Below, piece by piece: positions 7,633 to 15,800 of a stretch of 22,203 nucleotides of DNA (within the stretch, counting starts at the first letter, position 1; each line of letters opens with the position of its first letter). The position numbers and the translations under genes are program-made. This stretch comes from a virus (lineage: Duplodnaviria > Heunggongvirae > Uroviricota > Caudoviricetes). The DNA is taken from IMG/VR virus record IMGVR_UViG_3300020050_013219; one strand, written 5' to 3'. The notes under the pieces are model-generated. The model saw only the letters and a list, made by a program, of their open reading frames with translations. It did not search any database and was not told the origin of the DNA.

Positions 7633-8047
7633 TCAATTTGTACTTTATGAACTTTCTTTGCAACTCAAAGAATTAGGTTTTGATGAACCTTGTTTGGGTT
7701 TATGGAGATTAATAGATTCTGAACCTATATTTAATATTACTTCTGATTATAGATACTCTACTTCTCAATCAAAAACAAGTCAGATACATGGTAAATCTGC
7801 AATTTTAGCTCCACTTTGGCAACAAGCTTTTGATTGGTTTGAAGAAAAACATGATTTATTTTGCTCTGTTGTACCTTTTGTTGCAGATTATTTAACAGGA
7901 GAAATAGAATTTAAACTTACAATTAGAGATTTATCATGCTCTGGACGTATAGTATATGAAGAATCATTTAGTGAAAATGAGGATAAAAATTTAATAATTA
8001 TACGAAATTTAATACAAATATGCAAGAAAGAAGATTTAAGCTTATAA
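7613..8047 (+). CDS. Conserved Bacteroidota-phage hypothetical protein
   Basis: FVLYELSLQLKELGFDEPC...APLWQQAFDWFEEKH pattern. ATG 7613 is preferred over TTG 7598. Confidence 0.8.
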   Translation: MNEKLNNQFVLYELSLQLKELGFDEPCLGLWRLIDSEPIFNITSDYRYSTSQSKTSQIHGKSAILAPLWQQAFDWFEEKHDLFCSVVPFVADYLTGEIEFKLTIRDLSCSGRIVYEESFSENEDKNLIIIRNLIQICKKEDLSL

Positions 8048-8427
8048 AATTATTTCCTCTTAGCCCTTCATTGGGCTTTGAGGTTTTATTTGAAACTGAA
8101 AAAGATTTTAACGATGGTATAAATGATGTAGGTGCAATATCTACATTAATGATTTCAGATTGTACCAAATTTCCTCAATTTTGGGAAGAAATCTTTGAAA
8201 CAGTAGAAACTCATAGATTTTACATTGATGAGCCTTGTAAAATTTGGAGAAGATATTGGTATGATATTCCAGGAACTTATGAAGATGCTGTGGCTTATAT
8301 GAAAAAAGAAGTTATTAATATGGATTTAGATGACCCTTATTTTGATGAATCTGAACCTATTGATGATACGGAAGAATATACAGGTGAACCAAGAGAATTA
8401 TTTAACGGTAAAGGAGAACAATTATGA
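8020..8427 (+). CDS. Hypothetical phage protein with acidic C-terminal half
   Basis: 135-aa ORF overlapping both neighbours. Confidence 0.75.
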   Translation: MQERRFKLIKLFPLSPSLGFEVLFETEKDFNDGINDVGAISTLMISDCTKFPQFWEEIFETVETHRFYIDEPCKIWRRYWYDIPGTYEDAVAYMKKEVINMDLDDPYFDESEPIDDTEEYTGEPRELFNGKGEQL

Positions 8428-8675
8428 AACAAGAAATATTTGAAAGAGCAAAACTTGAAATTTCTTGTGATGTAGCAGATGATATACTTTCTTTGTTTTT
8501 TACAGAAGAAGAACTTTATGTAGAAAGTGAAGGAGGTTTTTCATTTACAGAAGAAGCACAAGATAAATTTAATTTGATTCAAGAATGGATTGAAAAATCT
8601 ATGATTGACTTTGCGACAGAACTTATTTATAATGAAATAAGTTTAAAAGATTTAAAACAACTAACAAAAATATGA
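8424..8675 (+). CDS. Acidic hypothetical protein
   Basis: 83 aa with about 20 D/E; FTEEAQDKFN motif; ATGA overlaps at both ends. Confidence 0.75.
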   Translation: MKQEIFERAKLEISCDVADDILSLFFTEEELYVESEGGFSFTEEAQDKFNLIQEWIEKSMIDFATELIYNEISLKDLKQLTKI

Positions 8676-8947
8676 CACAAGAACAATTTAATGAATTATT
8701 GCCAATTAGAGATATTAATGGTCAATTAGGTTATCAATTGGTAATCAATAGATTAGATTTTGGCTTTATGGTTGAATACGGTTGTAAGAAACTGGCTATT
8801 GAAACCAAAGAAAAATTACAAATTTTAATGGAATTATATCTAAATTCTCCAAAAGAATTGTGGAATCTTTGGTATGAAGAAACTGAAAAACAAAGAGAAG
8901 TTATGGTTCAACAGGGTACACCTTTGGTTACTGAAACAGCTAATTAA
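8672..8947 (+). CDS. Hypothetical phage protein
   Basis: 91-aa ORF with ATGA overlap upstream. Confidence 0.72.
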   Translation: MTQEQFNELLPIRDINGQLGYQLVINRLDFGFMVEYGCKKLAIETKEKLQILMELYLNSPKELWNLWYEETEKQREVMVQQGTPLVTETAN

Positions 8948-8966
8948 TTCTCATAATTAAAAAATC

Positions 8967-8994
8967 GTTATAGAAGTAGAATTACAACTATAAC
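8967..8994. promoter_or_regulatory. Imperfect inverted repeat just upstream of the RepL-like gene
   Basis: GTTATAG-AA-GTA-GAAT-TAC-AA-CTATAAC: 7-bp plus 3-bp stems with a 2x2 internal loop, ending 10 nt before ATG 9005. Confidence 0.45.
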
Positions 8995-9004
8995 TAAATA
9001 ATAA

Positions 9005-9505
9005 ATGAAAACATGGGATTATGAGAAAAACATAAAGTTGAAAAATCACGAAGCTCCTGCAAAAATTAATATTGAGACAGGAGAAGTAACTATTTTAGGA
9101 GAAAGCAATACTATTGAAATATCTTACAATAATTATATTATGATAGATACAGCAACTTTAAAGACATTAGTAGATGAAAATCTATTAACAAGAGTTGAAA
9201 AAGGTTACATTGTAGAATTTGCAACTATGTTGAGAACTCAATATAATGCTATTTTTAATAACAATGTACCTCATACTATTGATAGTCTTTCAGAATATTT
9301 TGAAATGAATTATAATAGAATGAGTTCAACTTTAAAAACACTTACTAAAAAGGGGATTTTGGCTAAATTAGACACTGGGGATAGAAAAATGTATATTTTA
9401 AATCCTTATTTGGCAAGGAAAAGAAAATATATTGATTCTGAAACAGCTTTGATTTTTAAAAAATTTACTCACAAAAAAGTGAGTAAAACAGGTAAAATTG
9501 AGTGA
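9005..9505 (+). CDS. RepL-like winged-helix DNA-binding (replication/maintenance) protein
   Basis: INIETGEV N-terminus; HTH segment TIDSLSEYFEMNYNRMSSTLKTLTKKGIL followed by wing MYILNPYLARK, typical of RepL-like proteins. Confidence 0.7.
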   Translation: MKTWDYEKNIKLKNHEAPAKINIETGEVTILGESNTIEISYNNYIMIDTATLKTLVDENLLTRVEKGYIVEFATMLRTQYNAIFNNNVPHTIDSLSEYFEMNYNRMSSTLKTLTKKGILAKLDTGDRKMYILNPYLARKRKYIDSETALIFKKFTHKKVSKTGKIE

Positions 9506-9530
9506 TTTTACTCACAAAAATGTGAGTTGA
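9464..9530. repeat. Two direct copies of a palindromic operator-like site (TTTACTCAC-N6-GTGAGT)
   Basis: TTTACTCACAAAAAAGTGAGTAAA (9464-9487, perfect 9-bp arms) and TTTACTCACAAAAATGTGAGTTGA (9507-9530). The 21-nt core has 1 mismatch and the copies are 43 bp apart. Confidence 0.85.
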
Positions 9531-9617
9531 CCAAAGTGCTTAAAACAACTGATAATCAGAGAGTTAAAGGTCGGTTTGGTGAAATCTCCCTTATTAGTTA
9601 GTATTCACTATACTAAA

Positions 9618-9800
9618 ATGAAAATATTTACAGACAATCAAGAAATTTTTCAAGAAATATTAGATTTTTATTATTTTATGGAAGAATATGAGTATGTTTT
9701 TCATGGACATAGACAATATGAATTATATGAGGAATTTAAACGAATAAAAGAATCTATTGATAAGATTCAAAGTATTATGGATGAAAATTATAGTATATAA
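9618..9800 (+). CDS. Small acidic/aromatic hypothetical protein (60 aa)
   Basis: ATG 9618 in A-rich context is preferred over TTG 9576; last gene before the terminator. Confidence 0.6.
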   Translation: MKIFTDNQEIFQEILDFYYFMEEYEYVFHGHRQYELYEEFKRIKESIDKIQSIMDENYSI

Positions 9801-9805
9801 CAACA

Positions 9806-9843
9806 AAAACCAGTATAGATTTCCTATACTGGTTTTCTTTTTT
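9806..9843. terminator. Bidirectional intrinsic terminator at the convergent strand switch
   Basis: Perfect 13-bp inverted repeat AAAACCAGTATAG-ATTTC-CTATACTGGTTTT, with T-runs downstream on both strands, lying between the two converging gene blocks. Confidence 0.88.
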
Positions 9844-9845
9844 AG

Positions 9846-9886
9846 TCCCTGCCTATTTTTTTAATTTCCCTGCTTACTTTTTAATT
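9846..9886. repeat. Imperfect tandem duplication (21 nt + 20 nt)
   Basis: TCCCTGCCTATTTTTTTAATT followed directly by TCCCTGCTTACTTTTTAATT. Confidence 0.65.
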
Positions 9887-9888
9887 TC

Positions 9889-12800
9889 TTACCTTGATAA
9901 TGGGTCAGTAAATATCTTCCCATCAGTTCCTGTCGTTACACCAATCAATTTTAATCCTGCAACTCCAACTTTAAGTTTCCCTTTATTATCGCCTTTAACA
10001 TAAGTAGCACTTGGATTACTTGTTAAAATTTCAAATAAAGCATCTATTTGGTCAAGTGTTCTCATTACAGCAAATGGATTTTTTGCAATTCTCATTACAT
10101 CTTGCATACCACTTGTTAATGGAACACTAAGTCCCATATCATCAGGTTTTTCGTTTAAAAAGAACTCTGTTGTAAATGGAGTATCAATATTTAATGGTTG
10201 AAAATAATTAAAATCTCGACTTATTTTTAAAGTTATTGCCGCAGCAGTTGAGAACATGTAGTCATCATCATCTGAACCTTTTCCAATAGCTAAGAATATT
10301 ACAGCAAATATACTTGTAAAAGTAATAAATGCCTGCTCTATTACAGCTTGTCTAATAGCAATAATTTGTTCATCTGTAAAATACTGTCTTACTCTATCTA
10401 TATTTTCAGGAGTTATCCATAAAATATCTAATGGTGTTACTTTCTTATCACCAATACTTTGCCACATCCATTTTGCATCAGAAAGTATATAGTTGAAAAG
10501 AACTCTATATCTACCTTCATCTCTTTCATTTCTGTTAATCGAATAACCATCTTCTTTATATCTTGATAAGAATCCTGGAACTACCCATTTTTTATAGTTC
10601 TCTAACATTCTACCAAATACATTTTGTCTCATAATAGGACTGTTAATGCCACCTAATGACTTATAGTTTCCTTGCAATTTTCTATTCACTTCCTCTAACT
10701 TGCGTTTTTTATTTATAAGAACATCTTCCCGTACATTTCTCCAACCAACAATATCTCCACTACTCTCTATTGTTTGCCAATTAGCATTTAAGTCATTTGA
10801 AGCTGTTAAGGCTTTCCATAAAGTTGTAGAACTTCCATCAAGAAGTTTGACAGGAATGTTCTCTAATGTGGCAATCATAGCTGTAATTTGTGGCTGAACC
10901 TCTGCAAATTGAGAAGGTGCAAACCATGTAGTTGTACTAAAAGCTTTCCCTAAAAAACTTCTGTTTAACTGATTTCCGAATTTGTCAAAATATTCTCCTT
11001 GTAAAGGTTCTAACTCATCCATTAATTCAGCATAAACACTTGATGAATATTCAGTTTGTTTAACATGGTCAAGAAGCATATCCCACATAACTTTTCCACC
11101 TGAATATAATGCTTTCATATATTGTACCCAAGAATAAAGCTGTTCAGTCTTTGCACCTTCAAAATATCCTGTGGTATTCATTAAATTAGCAGTATTAGCC
11201 ATTCCTAAGTTAGTAAAGAAGTTTACTATTTTTACACCTCCTATTGTTCCAAATGCAGAGAATCCCATAAATTTGTTAAGAATTTTATCAATCCTTACAT
11301 TATGTTTACCAACTTTCCAACTAATAGGAGTATTTGTCTTACCAAAAAATACTCCATCAATCCACTTTTCTAAAAACCACTGCCGCCAGTCAGTTCCTGA
11401 TGGAATTGCTTCTGTAATTCCCATTGCAGCAAGGCTTTTATTAATCATAATTTCTCCAGTTCTATCTTGTTGCTTAGACTTTCCAAGTGTATATTGCATT
11501 TCCTTTGCAAGATGCAAGGTGTCTGCTTTTGCTCTGAAAGCTGCTGCTTGTTTTGCGAACATTAAAACTGTACCAAAATAATTATCAGATATTTCATTTG
11601 CGTTCATACTGTTACCTACATAGTAAATAGGTATTTTTTTACTATCATTTTCTGAAATTTCATCTGAAAAATGGTCAGTAAATTCTTGTTTTAATATTTT
11701 ACCAATAGCCATTTTGTCTTTTAGGTTTTTTTGCATGTATTCTTTTGGAACACTTGGTACTCTTGTCCCAGGTCTGCTATATTCAGGTAAATCCATTTGA
11801 GATTCATAATAAATTTTTGTTACAATATCAAATGCTTTTCTTTCAGAAGCTGATAATGCTGCAAGTTTATTAGAAGGATAACTACCTTTTTTAGGTATGA
11901 GAAGTTTACTACTGTATTTTGGAACAAGAATATCTCCTTTGAAACTATTTGCGATAAGATGATTAATATAAGATTCTTCACTATTTCTCCTAAAAGACTT
12001 ATTGTCGTATTTCATAGTTTTTATATCTAAATTACTTTCAACATAATGATAGAAAGATTGTAAACCTTGTTCACCATTAGCTTTTTTATAATCATCCAAC
12101 ATTCTCATAAAATGGTCTCCAATTGTATTGTTATAATAAGCAATATCTCCATTATCATCAATATAAGAATCTGTTTTATCTTTACTAAAAGCTAACTTTT
12201 CAGTGAAGTCTTTTTGTATTTTAGCTATTTTCACTCTTAATCCTTGTATTTCTGCTCTAATAGCATCGTTAGCATCATTTTGTGCTTTATGTTCAACTTC
12301 ATCAGCAACTGGTTTAGTAGAAATATTTTTATATAATTCGGTTATTTCCTTCCCGATTGCACCTATTTCATTAGCTGTTTTATGATAATCTTCATAATAT
12401 GCTTTCATATCTCTTTCAGAAATAAAATGTTTTTCGGTTCTTTCAATACCTTCTCTATCAGTATATTCGATAATTTCTGTAAAGTTTTTCATTACCTTTT
12501 CGTCATCATAAACTGCTCCTAAATCTTCTGAAAAATCAGTCCAAGCATCGGTCATTTCTTTACCCATAGGAGCAAATCTATTTTGCATTTTTTGAAAATT
12601 TTCTTCTACTCTATTAGCTAACAAAGTCATGGAAGCATCTCCCAAATCATGGATTGAACCTGTTACAGCTTTTAAAAACCCATTATCATTCCCATCCATC
12701 ATTTCATTTTGAATTTGTTGAACACTCGAAATAGTTTTCATTTCTTTCAAACCTTTTCTCAATTCTTCATTTTCTTCTTCAAGTGTTTCCTTTTTTTCAG

Positions 12801-15800
12801 GATTTTTTACTATTTTTTCTACATTTAGAGCTATTTTAGCAAGTATTTTATTATTTTTCTTCTCAATAACTTCGTTATTTGAAGCTATCTTAGCAGCAAT
12901 TTCCTTTTTATTATTAATTTGCAAGGTATGTGCAAAGTGAGTGCTATATTTCAAAGTAAGATTTATCTCTTCCATTGCATCAATCACTTCCTGAATATCT
13001 TGTGCAGCAGAATTATAATCAGACGATTGACCTATACTTTTTAAGTAAGCGTTTATATCCTCTGTTTGATTTCTACTTTGTTTCATAATTAATTTTAAAT
13101 TAGCAATTTCAGATTGATTAGTATGAATATCTAAATAAGTTCTAATATAAGCAGCCATTTCTGTATATTTTTTATGCTGTTCATCAGTCCATTCAGAAGT
13201 ATCTCCTTTGTAATCAGCAGCTATTTTCTTTGCAAGCCCTAAGAGATTGCTGTTAAGTACATTTGTATAAGCAGAGTTATCCGTAGAAATTTCTCCTTTT
13301 GAAATAAGATTATATTTTAAATTACTCACATACATAACAATAGAAGCTGCTTGTTTTATTGTCTTTAATAACTCGGTTTCAGTAGCATGTTCTTTGTTTA
13401 TATTTCTAATTTTAGAAGCATGAGTAACATTATCATTGTAAAGCGTTTTACCACTATTATTTCTACTAACATTAGAAAGTTCTTTTCCCATTTCCTCATA
13501 AGAAGTAACTATTTTACTAACCCAATCAAAAGTTGCAACTTCTACTTCTGTTGGATTTAATGGAATATAATTATCAGCTTCTTCCATTGCTAAATCCTCT
13601 ATTGGTTTATTTTCACTTAACTCACTTTCATGCTCATTAAAAGGTACATCGTCAATAGGTTTATTATTAGAAATTTCTTCATTTGGAGCAGTCCTAAACA
13701 CATTAAAATCAGCATCATAAGGAATTGTTTGCCCATCTTCTGTTGTTAAATCATTTTCATTTAAAGCAGTTACTCTTAATCTTACCTTGTCATTTACTAT
13801 TAAATCTCCAACTTGAACATTATCTTTGCTAAGTTTTCCTTGCATTTCTTGACCACCTTCAACTGATTTTTGATAATAAGTATTAAAATTATTACTGTTT
13901 ATTACTTCACTTCTAATTAATGAACGTGGATATTTTTTAGCAACTTCTTTTAAAGCAGATATTTTTGTGTTGATAAGAGCTTGTTCATTGTATTCTTTTC
14001 CTTTGTATCTACTCCTATATTCATCCCCATTATCTTCTACCCAATTTTCAGCTTGCTCACGAGTTTCAAAATTTTGTATATAATCTGAAATATTTCCTCC
14101 GACATCTGTATTATTTATAAATAGTCCGAAAGGTCTTTCATCATTATCACCTGTATCTCCTACATCTTCTAATATTTGATAAGATAATTCTTCAATATCA
14201 AATGAAGTTTTAAACTTTGCTACTTTATCTTTAATCTTTCCAATACTTTCTTTCAAATCTTTTTCAGTTATATTAGGTTGAATACCATTATTTCTTTGAG
14301 ATTTAACTAAAGTAAATCTTTTCCCTGCTTCAACACTTTTATCTTGATAAGCATCTATAAAATCTAAAGCTTTCTTTTCATCTAAATAGGTATTGATTAT
14401 TTTAGTTGAACCATCATCATTAATATCCCAATTATCATGTACTTCAAAAACTTTTACAGTACTTCCTTTTACAGCAATTTCAGGTTTCTTAATCTTACCA
14501 TAAGTATCATCTAAAACAGAATTAACAACTCCTACCAATCTTTTAATTTCATAAGGTACATCTTCATCTACCTCAAGCCTAAAATTGTTGCTTAAAACAA
14601 TACCAAGTTCATTATGATGGTCTGCAAGGTTATCTACAATTGAAGCTAAATTTGGCTGCACAGAATTGATATTAGCCAAAGAAGGATATTTTGTGTAACT
14701 TACCCCAAGTAATTCAGATTTTTTATCTTTATTTACTTTTTCTGCCGCATCCCAAACAGAACCACTATAAGCATCTCTATTAGTTGCCCATAAAATATCT
14801 TCAGGTTTTGGATAAATTACAAATTTAATTTTTCCACCGCCACCTTCAAGATGAGAAATATTTTTATCAATAGGTTTTGTAAAGGCTGAAATAGCAAAAT
14901 GTCCACCTGCTTTTTTATTATCTTCAATATGATGCAGTAAGTTTTGAAACATAAGCTTTACATCAAATTGAGAATAAGCTCCCACAACTGAATAAAAACC
15001 TTGACCTCTACTATAAATTTCTTCAGGATTGTATTTTATACTGTTTACTTTTTTCCATTCTTCGATAATTTCCTTTGATTGTTCAAATTCTTTGTTTTTT
15101 TCTATAAAAGCTTGAAGATTTTGAGGAGTTGTTTTCATATTTGTTCCTTCATTTATAGGAGCATATTTTATAGAATCTTTCCATATTTCTAAAGCTTCTT
15201 GTTTTGATATTTCATTAATATCTTCTTCCCCCATATATTGACTAAACCATTTATTATCTTTTTTAAATACTCTTACACTATCTCCATCTTCACCTTGATT
15301 GAAAACAAAATAATCAGGCATTTCATTAATATCTAAATTTTTGTTTGTTAAATCAACATCTTTAACACTATTAGCTAATTTACTAATATGATTACTTGCT
15401 TCTTGATAAGTTTTAAATGTTTGATTATCTGGGGTTGTATAAATCACTTCATTTTCTGGAAGTATAATCTTAGAATTGCTATAAGCTAAAATATTAGCAA
15501 TATCATTTAAAGTCATATTATCAGGTAATTTATCTACTTCAATTTCTTTTTGTCTAAGAAGATTTCTCATAAAAGTAGCCATTTCTTTAAGTAATCTTTT
15601 CAATAAAGAAATAAGTTTACCATCTTTTACAGCATCAAGTTTTTCAGCAGTCATTAAAGAAACAAGTTCTACAATAGCTTCTTCTTGTTGTTCTTCTAAA
15701 TCATATTTTGCTACTACTAAAGAATCCGTATATATATTATTATTTAATTTTTTTAAAAAAGCTCTTGCTTCCATACCAATTCCTGCTTCCTCTACTCTAT

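Noticed and set aside
9464-9530. Possible CRISPR mini-array or CRP site
   Set aside because: Only two 21-nt copies with a 22-nt spacer and no cas genes. The half-site order TCAC-N6-GTGA is the reverse of the CRP consensus.
10700-12385. Plus-strand ORFs 10700-10897, 11171-11581 and 12203-12385
   Set aside because: Antisense shadows within the 2667-aa gene; no motifs or independent start context.
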